Shown piece by piece: positions 6,799 through 17,829 of a stretch of 64,000 bases of DNA; positions within the stretch are counted from its first letter, which is position 1; each line of letters begins with the position of its first letter. The notes under the pieces were generated by a model. That model was given only the letters and a program-made list of their open reading frames with translations, was not told where the DNA came from and ran no database searches. The position numbers and the translations under genes were made by a program. The stretch comes from an uncultured virus (IMG/VR IMGVR_UViG_3300033066_002331) (taxonomy: Duplodnaviria; Heunggongvirae; Uroviricota; Caudoviricetes): the IMG/VR virus record IMGVR_UViG_3300033066_002331; one strand, 5' to 3'.

Positions 6799-7176
6799 TT
6801 AAGATTCATAAACCTCAAGAACATTTATTGCTTTACCTGTTGGTGTGTCTTCTAAAAAAGTAAAGCATTCTTCTAATTCTTTTGCAAAGCCAAACTCTTC
6901 CATAATAAGCTTAACAGCTTGTACAGGAGGTAATTGTTCGTTTAGAGAAATAGACATATGTCTAATTAATCCGATGGCTGGTTGGTCTTCAATCGTATAT
7001 ACTACTCTATATCCTTCTGATAGATGACAAGAATAAAAACCATTGTCTCCTGGAGGCTCTTGTGCTCCATTTTTTATATCAAGTAAATCATCAATTGAAT
7101 AATGATTTCTTTCTGCGTATTCTTTAACTTCTGTAATTCGAGCCTTAGCTTGCTCATCAATAATTAAAATGCTCAT
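6799..7176 (-). CDS. hypothetical protein
   Basis: ORF in tight operon-like packing. Confidence 0.6.
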   Translation of the reverse strand: MSILIIDEQAKARITEVKEYAERNHYSIDDLLDIKNGAQEPPGDNGFYSCHLSEGYRVVYTIEDQPAIGLIRHMSISLNEQLPPVQAVKLIMEEFGFAKELEECFTFLEDTPTGKAINVLEVYES

Positions 7177-7943
7177 TCTTGTGAAATATTTAAAATTCTA
7201 CAATCTACTTTTGAAATAAGATAACCATAGTAGTCACTCGTTTTGTCACTTACAATCCAAAAATCTTCACTATTTCTTGAGTGTCCTGATAGAATCTCAA
7301 CATTACTTAAATCAGATTGGACAGATTGTCTTACAGGAAATACACAGTCTCTCTTATAATAATACCACCAATCAGATTTAACATTAAAATTGATAACTAC
7401 TAGTTTGGTAGGTAAATCCATTTTTTTTCTATTTTCTTCTAACAAATTCTGATTTTCAATTAATTTTATAATTGAATCAATTGTTTCGACTGAAACATTT
7501 ATAAGATTTTTATCATTACAGCCACAGCTAATAAATTTAACTTGATTAGCATGAGTTTTCATGAAATTAGCAATCGTGATTAATTCATCTTTGCCATAAT
7601 AGTTACCATTTATAAAAGCTTTACCTCCAATCACTTCTACCTTAAATGATTCAATATTCATTGGTTTTTGTTCAATAATTTGTGCCCAAATACCATCTTT
7701 ATAAACAATCGTTCCTTCCCACCAGATTTGATTTTCATTTACAATTTTTGGACTTCCTCCAACTCTTAAAGTTTCAGTATTGCCTAAAGGTCCAGATATA
7801 AAAGATTTTATTGTTGTACCTGAACAATATCCTCTCTTATAAAACTCAACAAGTCTTAAATCATTATCTTTATTTCTTTTCTCTTGTTCAAGAGATTCTA
7901 AAAATTTTCTTGTATCAGATATTTTTTTGTCTAATTCTGTCAT
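7173..7943 (-). CDS. hypothetical protein
   Basis: 256-aa ORF with ATGA overlaps to neighbours. Confidence 0.6.
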   Translation of the reverse strand: MTELDKKISDTRKFLESLEQEKRNKDNDLRLVEFYKRGYCSGTTIKSFISGPLGNTETLRVGGSPKIVNENQIWWEGTIVYKDGIWAQIIEQKPMNIESFKVEVIGGKAFINGNYYGKDELITIANFMKTHANQVKFISCGCNDKNLINVSVETIDSIIKLIENQNLLEENRKKMDLPTKLVVINFNVKSDWWYYYKRDCVFPVRQSVQSDLSNVEILSGHSRNSEDFWIVSDKTSDYYGYLISKVDCRILNISQE

Positions 7944-8407
7944 GATTTTTTTATAAATTCTGCTTTAATATGATGTCCGTGTTTATCCATATCTATCACA
8001 AATTCCAACTCATATCCTTCAGGTATAGCTTCACCATACTCAGTAGTCCAGCCAAAACCTTTCCAACCTTCATTTGCGTCTTCAAACCATTCCTGATATC
8101 CAATTATCGTAGGAACAATGAGAGGTTTTTGTATATTCATTAGAGAAGAAGATGCAGAGACAACAAATAAGTTAAGCTCCATTCTTTGCTCTAAATTAAC
8201 ATTTAATAAATCGAAGAATTTAATTCCCTCAGTTAAATGATTTCGATTTAATAATCCTATTGTAAAGGCCGTCTTATAGATTCTATTATCAGTGTCCTCA
8301 AAGTTTTCAATTAACACTGGGAGAAATATGTCAGACTTTGACATATAATTTTTCTTGAAGTCTTCAAAAGAAATTGTATTATTCTTCTCCATAATCTTTG
8401 TTATCAT
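7940..8407 (-). CDS. hypothetical protein
   Basis: ORF in operon packing. Confidence 0.55.
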   Translation of the reverse strand: MITKIMEKNNTISFEDFKKNYMSKSDIFLPVLIENFEDTDNRIYKTAFTIGLLNRNHLTEGIKFFDLLNVNLEQRMELNLFVVSASSSLMNIQKPLIVPTIIGYQEWFEDANEGWKGFGWTTEYGEAIPEGYELEFVIDMDKHGHHIKAEFIKKS

Positions 8408-8596
8408 TATATGCTTTTAAATTAGCATTTTCAATTGTAAGTCTTTTATTCTCATCTGTAAGAATCTTCAAGTCCTCTAGTCTATCTTGAAATATATCAA
8501 AGCAATGATTAATTATTTCTAATTCAGTTTTAGTTAAATCTTCAACAGATATAGATAATTTATCAGCAATACTTTTTTTATATTCCTCTCTTAAAC

Positions 8597-8959
8597 TCAT
8601 TTTAATTTGTGAGCAAAAGCATAATCTTCCCCTCCATAAAAGATAAATAATTCTTCTTCAGGAGCAATATCTCTTGTGGCAACAAATTCAAGAACTTGTC
8701 TATTTTCAAATTTAGTAAAATAATAATCTACATTGGGTTCTTTAGAATGATTGAATAAAGCTCCATAACCGAGAGCCATTGCAGAATATTTTTTATTATA
8801 CATAAAAACATATGCTGCAAGAGCAGGACATTTATCAACTTCAGAATCAAGAACTTTAATAATTTCAGCACGGTGAATTATTTGTCCTTTATTAATAGAA
8901 ACTGCAGCGAACAGTCCTCTTCCCATTTTTGGGGTCATTTTTACTTTTATCATTTCCAT
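8597..8959 (-). CDS. SET-domain protein (putative lysine methyltransferase)
   Basis: GRGLFA, FNHSKEPN, DIAPEEELFIFYG. Confidence 0.85.
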   Translation of the reverse strand: MEMIKVKMTPKMGRGLFAAVSINKGQIIHRAEIIKVLDSEVDKCPALAAYVFMYNKKYSAMALGYGALFNHSKEPNVDYYFTKFENRQVLEFVATRDIAPEEELFIFYGGEDYAFAHKLK

Positions 8960-9895
8960 TAGTAGTAATTATATTCGTATTTTGTATAGTGATACTCATT
9001 CTCACAAGGTTTAAAAACTATTCCTTCTGATGTAAAATAAGAATCTCTCATATAAATTTCAGCATCTTCAAAAGACTTAAATTGAAGAGTAGTACTATCA
9101 CCGTTTTCTTTTATAGTTAGAGATTTCCAAAAAAACCAGCCTTTTCTTTGTATGAAAAAAGTAGGACTAATTAATTTATTATTCACTTCCTTTATGATTC
9201 TATATTTCTGTGTTGCCATCTGTTATATTTATAGTAGTTTGGTTAGTGTCTAAATTCTCTAAAATTTTCTCACCTATATCTGTAATTACATATGTTAAAT
9301 TCCAACACATAATATCACAGTCAATAAGATTATAATTAATTAAAGGAGAAAGTTCATGCTGATTACAAAAATTTCGTTTAAAAAACCAATCCTCGTCTCG
9401 TTTTTTACCTTCTGCATAAAAAGTACCATAATTTGAACTTTCTTTGAATTCTTGAACATTCAGAAATTCAGAATCTCTAAATTCAGCTGAACCACCAGAA
9501 GCTTTTATTTTTTTTAAAAGTTCTATTGCTTCATCAGGTATTTCATAAACTATCTTCAAGATTAATCTTTTAAATAAATTTCTTCTACGCTTTTGATTTG
9601 TTCTTTAAGCTGCTCAATTTTTAAATTGCCTACAAATTTTGAATCATATGGGCCTTTAAAAAAATTAGAATATTTCATAGTCAATTCCGTAACAGTTTCA
9701 ATTTTTGTGTAATCACCGTTACTTGCTAATAAAATAGCATCTCCACAAAGTGGATTTTTTCCTAAATAGCGAAATGATTTACTATTACCTCTACCTATTT
9801 CGTAGACTTTTTCTTTTAGTTCAAGTGCATGAAACTCTGCTAGTGAATTGATTCTTTCCATATATTCTTATACGAATAAAACAAAAAAAAGTTTC

Positions 9896-10609
9896 TTATT
9901 TTATTCTATTATTAAAGATTTCATAGTTATTCGCTACAGAATTTTTATCATTTATCACAGCAAATACAATATTTTTAAAACATTCTCTATAAGGAGCTAA
10001 ACTAAGATTAAATAATTCTGCAACCATATTTGGGTCATTTTTAAAAACTCCACATCCCCAAGCTCCAAGAATAATATTATCAATTTTATTTTCTCTAGCA
10101 ACTTTAAAAATAATATCCATTTTACGAAGCATTATATTTTTATATTCTAATGGATTTACAGGCTCAGGATTATCAATATGACCTGTATTTAAATTAACTG
10201 CAGCAATTGTGATAACATCACAATACACAGGAAAAACAGTTTTATAATCTTTGTCTTTAATAAATGTTACATCTTTTGAATAAATAAATTCATTAGTTGT
10301 AAGAGGATACATTTCCTTAGAAATCTCGAATAAATTAGAACATCTGAAAAGACATTCTTCTTGAGCTATAGAGCCATTCGCTACACCACCACCAGGGCGC
10401 TTAGAGCTGGCCATATTTAATGCCAATGTTTTTCCTTGAGAAGAATATTTAATGATAGAAGAAACTGTATCAGTTGGTTCCACTGTAACATTCCCATATT
10501 CATTACGTTTTAAATCTTCGAAAGTATACTTTTGACTAGTTGGAGGATTCACCTCTGAACATAATTCTTTAGTATTTTCAAATACTTGTATTAATTCTTC
10601 TTTATTCAT
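9896..10609 (-). CDS. TIGR02452/DUF2263 PARG-like macrodomain ADP-ribosyl glycohydrolase
   Basis: LNMASSKRPGGG, AQEECLFRCSNL, ILGAWGCGVFKNDP. Confidence 0.85.
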   Translation of the reverse strand: MNKEELIQVFENTKELCSEVNPPTSQKYTFEDLKRNEYGNVTVEPTDTVSSIIKYSSQGKTLALNMASSKRPGGGVANGSIAQEECLFRCSNLFEISKEMYPLTTNEFIYSKDVTFIKDKDYKTVFPVYCDVITIAAVNLNTGHIDNPEPVNPLEYKNIMLRKMDIIFKVARENKIDNIILGAWGCGVFKNDPNMVAELFNLSLAPYRECFKNIVFAVINDKNSVANNYEIFNNRIK

Positions 10610-10626
10610 AAATTATAGTTTATAAT

Positions 10627-10664
10627 AAAATTAGCCTTTATACTGTAATATAAAGGCTAATTTT
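10627..10664. terminator. intrinsic terminator-like hairpin
   Basis: 16-bp perfect inverted repeat AAAATTAGCCTTTATA/TATAAAGGCTAATTTT. Confidence 0.65.
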
Positions 10665-10678
10665 AAATGTTTTCTCAA

Positions 10679-11728
10679 TTACATTGGAGCTTCAGGTTTA
10701 ACATAGCCTCTTATTGGCACAAGTCTTACTGTTGCTAAAACTTTTCTTTCTCCATCCTCTAAAGTTTCATCATCAATCCATTCTGTCGTTTGGAAAATTA
10801 TTTCATCTTTAGTGAACTTCAACATGTTTTCCACTGAATTACCAGCAATATATGTAGAAGTATGCTTAGGTCTGTGATGTTCTGAACGTACACCTTCCCA
10901 TTTTTCTGTTTTACCTGGAAGAGTTTTATAAACATCAAATTTATACAATTCAAATTTATAATTATATAATGAAGCAAATTCAGAAAATGGTTTTTTAAAT
11001 AAGTTTATATCACTTATAATGCTTATTAATAAATCAATATTAAGATTTATTAAAGAAATACTATTTTCTAAGTCAGCTTTTAATTCTTTATTTTCAAGTT
11101 TGTCATCAACAATCATATTAAATAAATCTTCAGCAAGTTCAACATACTCCTTTAAAAATTTAACACGTGAAGGTCTATTGATTAAGAACTCACTTACAGC
11201 ATCGTTAGTTGTAAGTAAAAATAAAACTTTGTGGTCATTTGTTAATACTCCATCCATAAAAGATAAGAATGACTCTTGAGTATGATATTTCTTTTCATCA
11301 TCTCTGCCAGAATTTGTGCTAAAAAGTTTTTCAAACTCATCTACAAACAAAACGTAGTCTTGTTTGATATTATTTAAAAACTTAACAAAATTCACACTTG
11401 TAGGAATTGGTTTTGTGAAAATAATTGTTGGCAAATCCATGTCTTTACAAAGTAATTTTGCATTAAGAGATTTTCCTTGACCTTTGTTTCCAGTTAATAA
11501 AACACCCATATTTTTTTTATAGGCATTAAAAGAGATTTTTGCTAATTCTCTCATGTCTTTATCGACATCATAGATTTTATCAGGAAATTTAAAATCTTCT
11601 AAATCTTCCAACCAACAATTCCCAGTGTCTTTATCAAAGTTAAATAAATAATTTTTTGGTTTAAGTTCTTTGTCAATTGTTAAAGAATTAAAGAAGAAGT
11701 ACTTCCCAGAGTCATTTAAGATATTCAT
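10679..11728 (-). CDS. AAA+ ATPase
   Basis: GVLLTGNKGQGKS, VLFVDEFEK, LINRPSRV. Confidence 0.85.
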   Translation of the reverse strand: MNILNDSGKYFFFNSLTIDKELKPKNYLFNFDKDTGNCWLEDLEDFKFPDKIYDVDKDMRELAKISFNAYKKNMGVLLTGNKGQGKSLNAKLLCKDMDLPTIIFTKPIPTSVNFVKFLNNIKQDYVLFVDEFEKLFSTNSGRDDEKKYHTQESFLSFMDGVLTNDHKVLFLLTTNDAVSEFLINRPSRVKFLKEYVELAEDLFNMIVDDKLENKELKADLENSISLINLNIDLLISIISDINLFKKPFSEFASLYNYKFELYKFDVYKTLPGKTEKWEGVRSEHHRPKHTSTYIAGNSVENMLKFTKDEIIFQTTEWIDDETLEDGERKVLATVRLVPIRGYVKPEAPM

Positions 11729-12333
11729 ATTGTTTTTCTTTTTTGCAAATATAAAACAATATTTTAAAACTGCAAAAAAAAATTAAACTTTTTTTATTTT
11801 TTTAAAATCAACTGAAATCTTAGAATCTGTTTTATCTGTATACAAATTAGACGCAGCTCCAAAAAACATTTGTAGAAATGGATTTGCAATAACATTTTGT
11901 AAAACACCATGAACAAGTCCAGGAGTAAAGGCAGTTAAATTTACAACTCTAATTACTAAATCTTTATCAGACATTACCTCTTCTTGTAAGGCATTTGAAT
12001 AAAACTTTGTACCTGCAGGAATTAAATATTTCCCATCAATTTCTATTTCTGTATATTTATCCATTATTCAGTTTTTGTTTGTTCTTTAGGCGGTGGATAA
12101 GGTAATGCAACTACTGTAACACTCAACAAGTGAACTGCTGCCTTAAGCTCTGTAATTCTTTCCTTGGTGCCGTTTATATTGCCCTTAGCTTGTCTTTTAG
12201 ACAATTCATCACTGGATTCATTTGTTTGAATTGCTTCCCAGAACTCAAGGTCTTTTTCCTCTTTTGCCAATTCTCTTCTAAGTTTCGCTAAAGAACAATC
12301 AAATTTTATTGTTTTTCCTGGATTCATATAATT

Positions 12334-13044
12334 TTAATTTTTATTATTTGTTTCAAAATAGCCTTTAGTCTCAAGTTTGCTACTAAAAAAGTTCAAAAAT
12401 AAAACAACAAACATTACTACAACTATTGTTTGAATGCTTACCCAAAATTTTCCCATTTCTGTGACTGGATAATAATCTCCATATCCAACTGTTGCTGAGG
12501 TTATAAAACTAAAATAAATAGAGTCAAACCAATGTTCAAAAGGTTTATTAAAATAATTTTCAGAGCCATAAATAACTCCAAATGATAGTACTGTCTCAAG
12601 ATAATTTATAAAAACCAAAAGCATTGACCTTCGATAAGAACGTGGTTTAGAGAAGATATCTGATGCGAATATAAGTGTTGGAACATACAAAAATGTATCA
12701 ATTATAAACCATAGCATTATACCAAATATAATACCATTATGCTGCCAACCATTTTTTAGTATTAAAACTGGAAAAATAACTTTAAAGATTACAAAAATAT
12801 CCATAGCAAATTCTTGTATAGCAATACCTCTTTTACCAAATATTTGCTTTATATAAGTACCAGGAGATGCGAATTGAAATAACGCTAATAATAATCTTAA
12901 AATTTTTTCTAAGCCTACATCATCATGATGCTCATTATTCCAAATGGACTTTACGTTACGCCATCTCTTTTGAATGGTGTTTTCAAGAGGAGTCTCATTG
13001 TCATAATTTCTTCCAAGAAATAGTTTCTTTAAAAAAGTTTTCAT
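12334..13044 (-). CDS. potassium channel family protein (Ion_trans_2)
   Basis: TM helices and selectivity filter SATVGYGD. Confidence 0.85.
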   Translation of the reverse strand: MKTFLKKLFLGRNYDNETPLENTIQKRWRNVKSIWNNEHHDDVGLEKILRLLLALFQFASPGTYIKQIFGKRGIAIQEFAMDIFVIFKVIFPVLILKNGWQHNGIIFGIMLWFIIDTFLYVPTLIFASDIFSKPRSYRRSMLLVFINYLETVLSFGVIYGSENYFNKPFEHWFDSIYFSFITSATVGYGDYYPVTEMGKFWVSIQTIVVVMFVVLFLNFFSSKLETKGYFETNNKN

Positions 13045-13523
13045 TTATCTGTAATTGAATTTAAAATCTCATGAACTTGATATAATTTTAGGCTGACCTC
13101 TAACATCTTTTCTAAAGAATCTACAACATAAACATTAGATTTTTTATTTTTTAATAAATGTGCTTTTACTAAAGCTCTAGCACGTAAACTTTCCTTAGAA
13201 GCTACAGGGTCTGAATTTTTTAACTCCTCCTTAATATCCTTATCAATCATAATCACAACAGACCTGTGTTCGTTGCTATTTATGGCTTGCATAATAGAAA
13301 ATCCTGTTTCAGCAAGACTCCCTGTACCAAAAGTTTCATTGGTTACAGGAAATAAAATAATACTATCATTAACAAGATGTTCTGCTTCTACTTCAGCTAA
13401 ATCAGGAGACCAATCCGCTACTTGAGGGTTAAAAAAGGGAATTTTTAATTCTTCATACTTCTCTATAAAAGTATTTCTCCAAGAACTTCCTCCACATGTT
13501 CCAAATAATCCTATACAATTCAT
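13041..13523 (-). CDS. nucleoside 2-deoxyribosyltransferase-like protein
   Basis: IGLFGTCGGSSWR...FFNPQV..W...SLAETG. Confidence 0.6.
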   Translation of the reverse strand: MNCIGLFGTCGGSSWRNTFIEKYEELKIPFFNPQVADWSPDLAEVEAEHLVNDSIILFPVTNETFGTGSLAETGFSIMQAINSNEHRSVVIMIDKDIKEELKNSDPVASKESLRARALVKAHLLKNKKSNVYVVDSLEKMLEVSLKLYQVHEILNSITDK

Positions 13524-13537
13524 ATTAACTTTTTTTA

Positions 13538-14263
13538 TTAAAAACCTTGTTTTTCTGGTCTACGACCATGTTTAGAAACATATTTGTCACAACGATTATT
13601 ATAAAACCCACGTTCATTGGCACATTTACATTCATTGCCCATTTTGCACTTGGTTTTTTTAATGATTTTATCATTTCTTTTTTCTTTAAAATCACTTTGT
13701 TTTTTTTGACTTTCAAGAAATTTTTGAGGTGTCATATATTTTCCATGCTCCAAAGATAAAATACTGTCAGGAAAAGCTTCCATAAAGAGAAGATTATGAG
13801 TAGCAACAATAATCTGATTATTTCTCTCAAGAGCTCTTTTAAAACAATCTATCATTTTAAACTGACTTCTAAGGCTCAATGCAGTTTCAGGTTCATCAAG
13901 AATTATGATAGTGTCACTTAACCCATCAATTGTTTTAAGAACTGGCAATAATACTTCCCCATGAGATTGAAAGTGAGACATAAAACTTGACCTATAAGCA
14001 GAAGGATTATCAGGATTTGGAGATTCATGTCTTGGATTATTTTTTTCCATATCCATAATAAAAGCACCTCCTTGTTTAGTATCATCTGTTATAACTTCAA
14101 AGCTTCTATCAGAAGAATTTTTCATAATAATAGACAAATAACTTAAAAGAGTACTTTTCCCAGCACCTTGGTCTCCAACCAATAAAGTAATTGGTTTAAA
14201 TTCAAATTTTTGATTTTTAAAGAAGCAATCTAAATCTTCTTTTAATTTTACTGTTTTAAACAT
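13538..14263 (-). CDS. ABC-type ATPase (AAA_21-like)
   Basis: GDQGAGKST, QSHGE signature, IILDEPETALS, IVATH. Confidence 0.85.
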   Translation of the reverse strand: MFKTVKLKEDLDCFFKNQKFEFKPITLLVGDQGAGKSTLLSYLSIIMKNSSDRSFEVITDDTKQGGAFIMDMEKNNPRHESPNPDNPSAYRSSFMSHFQSHGEVLLPVLKTIDGLSDTIIILDEPETALSLRSQFKMIDCFKRALERNNQIIVATHNLLFMEAFPDSILSLEHGKYMTPQKFLESQKKQSDFKEKRNDKIIKKTKCKMGNECKCANERGFYNNRCDKYVSKHGRRPEKQGF

Positions 14264-14269
14264 AGTGTA

Positions 14270-14839
14270 TTAGTCTTTTTCGCAAAATAAATCACGTTTA
14301 TCAATTGATTCTACTTCTTTTGTATAATGATTTAATATTTTAAATTTTTCATCTTCTGAATCTCTGTAAATCATTATATGATTAACACCTTCATCACTCT
14401 CTAGTTCACTTTCAAAAAAGATTTTTTTAACTTCTTTAAAAGTTGTTTGTAATAAACTACGATTTAATTGAATAGATGCTATAATTTCTTTTTCTGGGAA
14501 ATCTGCTTTTAACTTTTTCAATGTTGATTGAAAAACAGCTAAATCGGCCTCAGGTGTTCTTCCTTCTACATTATTGTGAATATAACCTAAAATTGAAATT
14601 ACATCGTATGCACTTACAAAGCTTAAATCCGAATAATTAAATTCACTTTTAATTAAAATTTCAGAAGGAGAAATTGTATTATTAAATTCATATATAGAAT
14701 CTAAACGTCTAATAATAATTTCTGGAGATATTTCATTTGAAATTATTAGAATCTTTTTTCCATGAGACTTTTCTACTGTCTTGGTAAGTCCATATTGCAT
14801 TTTTCCATGACCTGTGGCACCTAAGATGAATGTAATCAT
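14270..14839 (-). CDS. degenerate DnaB/RecA-like P-loop protein
   Basis: GATGHGK, IISNE, SIQLNR. Confidence 0.5.
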   Translation of the reverse strand: MITFILGATGHGKMQYGLTKTVEKSHGKKILIISNEISPEIIIRRLDSIYEFNNTISPSEILIKSEFNYSDLSFVSAYDVISILGYIHNNVEGRTPEADLAVFQSTLKKLKADFPEKEIIASIQLNRSLLQTTFKEVKKIFFESELESDEGVNHIMIYRDSEDEKFKILNHYTKEVESIDKRDLFCEKD

Positions 14840-14878
14840 TTTTTTCTTTTTTATACGACTTTTTTTTAAAAAAGTTTC

Positions 14879-14913
14879 AAAAAAAAGACCTGAGAACTAT
14901 TTCCCAGGTCTTT
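14879..14913 (-). terminator. intrinsic terminator
   Basis: AAAAGACCTG/CAGGTCTTTT hairpin with a minus-strand T run after the lipoprotein gene. Confidence 0.6.
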
Positions 14914-14934
14914 TCAAGTTGCCGCTTTTGTTTG

Positions 14935-15099
14935 TTATTTGCAAACTTCTACTTTAGCAGAGTCACATGTAACTGAGCATGTAGTGTCTACAACAACTGC
15001 TGTACTATCTGTAGCTGGTGCAGCTACTTCTTCAACTTTTGGAGCTGAACAAGATGCTAATGCTAAGATAAATGCTGATAATAAAATTATTTTTTTCAT
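14935..15099 (-). CDS. small lipoprotein (54 aa; absent from ORF track)
   Basis: MKKIILLSAFILALASC lipobox followed by an Ala/Thr/Val-rich tail. Confidence 0.75.
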   Translation of the reverse strand: MKKIILLSAFILALASCSAPKVEEVAAPATDSTAVVVDTTCSVTCDSAKVEVCK

Positions 15100-15671
15100 T
15101 GATTTAAATTGTTTAATTACTTATATATAGATGAAAATTTTTAAATTATGCAAAAAAAGTGACTTCATCCAGTTTTTCTTCGTATTTTGTCTTCATAATT
15201 TTTTATTCTTATTTTTTTTATCCAATCTTCTCGAACTTCTTTATAAAACTCTAAACGTTTTTGATATTCTTCAGAATCATCAATACCATAACATTTAAAT
15301 ATATAATCTTGTATATGTGATTGACTGAGTTTATCAAGTCTTAAAAAAATGCCTGAGTGTGCATATTCAGCATTGTTATTTTTAGCATTAAACCATAGAT
15401 TAAAATTATCTACATTATAAATAATAAAATCTGGAATAGGTGATGGTCTAAAGACAATAATCTCCTTAGTAAATATTTTCCAAAATTTAATCATCAATTT
15501 GAGGTAAAGTTGTTTGATTATCAATATAAATTAACATTAAAAATAATATTAAAAACAAAATTCCAATTATAAAAAATTTCATTTCATCATGTCTAATATT
15601 ATTACTTTTGAGTTCTTTCCACTCAAAAAAACAAACTACACTAACAATCAATATAACTATTTCTATTAAAC

Positions 15672-15926
15672 TCATTCTTCTGACGTTATAAAATTAAATA
15701 ACTTTTTTGCGACTTCAGTCAGTGTATCTTCAGAAGATAAACCTGCACATTCAGTCTGCTTATCAATCAAACTATATTTTTCTTCTAATTCTATTTCGAA
15801 ATCAACAAGGTCAAAGTCATCTATATTATGGTCTGACATTATATCTCCAGGAAGAATCTCTAAAATACCACGTTTAATAGCAAAAAAATCCTTTAACTCT
15901 TGTTCAATTATCTCTATAGAAAGCAT
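15672..15926 (-). CDS. acyl-carrier-protein-like protein lacking the phosphopantetheine Ser
   Basis: Acidic 84 aa; DHNIDDFDLVDFEIELEEKY matches the ACP DLGxDSLD pattern except for Ser. Confidence 0.5.
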   Translation of the reverse strand: MLSIEIIEQELKDFFAIKRGILEILPGDIMSDHNIDDFDLVDFEIELEEKYSLIDKQTECAGLSSEDTLTEVAKKLFNFITSEE

Positions 15927-16513
15927 TATTTATTTAATTAAATGATACATAATTAAAATTAGCACCTCTCCAAGATTTCTTTATAAAGTTTAATCTTTCT
16001 TTCGGAATTTCAAAACTAAAACTATTTTTTTTCAATTTCAAACTTTTATCTGTAATATCATCAACCACAAATAATTTATTTCCAAAATGAGTACTCACTT
16101 TAATTTTATCTCCTACTTTTGGTATATTCATTAATAGTTATACGGTTTTTTCTTCAGAAGGTTTCAATTCAGCTTCAATAATTGGGTCCTTTTGGTCTTG
16201 AGGAAATAAAGAAAATCCATATTTTTGAGCTACCTTTTCAAGTGCTACAATAGCTACACTAGAACCAGGTATTGCTTGCAAACCAATAATAGCAAGAGCC
16301 TTTCCTAAATCAACTGATTGACCTTTTAAAAAATCAATTTGTTCTTGTGTTACTTCTTTTTTTTGAAGCATTGATTTAAGAATCTTAGCAGCTAAAACAG
16401 TTTCATTTGCTTCTCGCTTAAAAGCATTACCAATTTTTTTTAATTTATTGAATGCTGACTGAAATGCTTCTTTGGTAGTCATTTCCTTTTTTGTTTCATC
16501 TAAATTTTCCATT

Positions 16514-16744
16514 TTATTTATCTGTAAAATCATAGATATATGTTGTATCTGAAACTGTCAAGCCATTAATTGTTTTAGAATTAATTTCTACCGTAGGCTT
16601 TACTGGCTCCTTAAATTTATAAATTTTATTATCACTCATAAAATAATGCATTCCAATAACTATAAATGCTATAATTATTAAACATACCACAAGTATATAT
16701 TTAAATATACCTACAAAAAATTCAATTATTGCTTCTACTATCAT
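16514..16744 (-). CDS. small membrane protein (paralog of 16921-17145)
   Basis: N-terminal TM; C-terminal SDTTYIY. Confidence 0.55.
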   Translation of the reverse strand: MIVEAIIEFFVGIFKYILVVCLIIIAFIVIGMHYFMSDNKIYKFKEPVKPTVEINSKTINGLTVSDTTYIYDFTDK

Positions 16745-16920
16745 TTATTTTTATATTTTTTTTCAAAATCATAAATACCAACTTTAATCACAAGCAAAAT
16801 TATAAAAAGTGGTAAAGTCAACTTCCATGTATTGCTATGAGTAATTAATAATGAAGAAAAAATCATTCCTGCAAAGAAAAAAAGAATTTGTAATAGGATT
16901 AATTGTATTGTTCTCATAAT

Positions 16921-17145
16921 TTAATTAAAAGTGTAAATGTAAGTAGTGTCATTTTTAACAATACCATTTCTATTTTCTGTTTTAATTATTACTTCTGGAA
17001 CAATTTGTTTTTTTGATTCATATTTATCGGCTAACCAAAAATAATCTATAACGCTATATATTCCAGCAATAAAGATTAAAACTATTGCAATAAAACCTAT
17101 AACTAGCATCTCTCCGACACCTTTAAACATATCTCCTCCTACCAT
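16921..17145 (-). CDS. small membrane protein (paralog of 16514-16744)
   Basis: N-terminal TM; C-terminal NDTTYIY. Confidence 0.55.
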   Translation of the reverse strand: MVGGDMFKGVGEMLVIGFIAIVLIFIAGIYSVIDYFWLADKYESKKQIVPEVIIKTENRNGIVKNDTTYIYTFN

Positions 17146-17511
17146 TACTTTTTATTTTTTAAAATTTCTAATTCTAATTCTTTTTGTTTTGTTTTTTCTT
17201 GTTCTATATGGACAGAGTTACAAGATTTTACCATTAAGGCAAGGGCCAACATGAATCCAATAAAACCTATTGAATTTGGCCAATATGAATTTGCAAAAGT
17301 TATTTTCATTTTAAATTAATTAATATTTTTATATAATAAAACCAAAATATTAAGCTTATAAACAGAAAAAGTTTATATACCCACTTAGCATTTTCAGGGT
17401 TAAGTCTACTTTTTAAAAAAATTTCAACATGTGAATTTAATTTAAAGTCTGCTATTCCTAATAACATGATTAAGGCTCCAAGTATTATTACTGTATATTC
17501 TAAAAAAGTTG

Positions 17512-17829
17512 TCATTTTAAATATTTTACAAAGTTAAAAAATTTTCTTGAATTAAGAAAATTTAAATTTGAATCATTTTGATATGCTTCTTTCTCAAATG
17601 AAATTTGCATATATCCTTTACTAATATATTCAATTATATACCAAATATAAAAAGGAATAATCAACATCTCTAATTGCTGTCTGAGATGTATTTTTTCGTG
17701 ATTTATTAATCTAGGAGTTATTTCTGTATCTGGATGTACAAATATAAAAGGAAAAAAAGCAATAGCTCCTATATTCATTCTAAGAATAAATTCAAAAAAA
17801 CGAATAGCTTTTAAATTAACTATTATCAT
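17512..17829 (-). CDS. small zincin-like metallopeptidase
   Basis: INHEKIHLRQ (HExxH) and ISFEKEAY. Confidence 0.65.
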   Translation of the reverse strand: MIIVNLKAIRFFEFILRMNIGAIAFFPFIFVHPDTEITPRLINHEKIHLRQQLEMLIIPFYIWYIIEYISKGYMQISFEKEAYQNDSNLNFLNSRKFFNFVKYLK

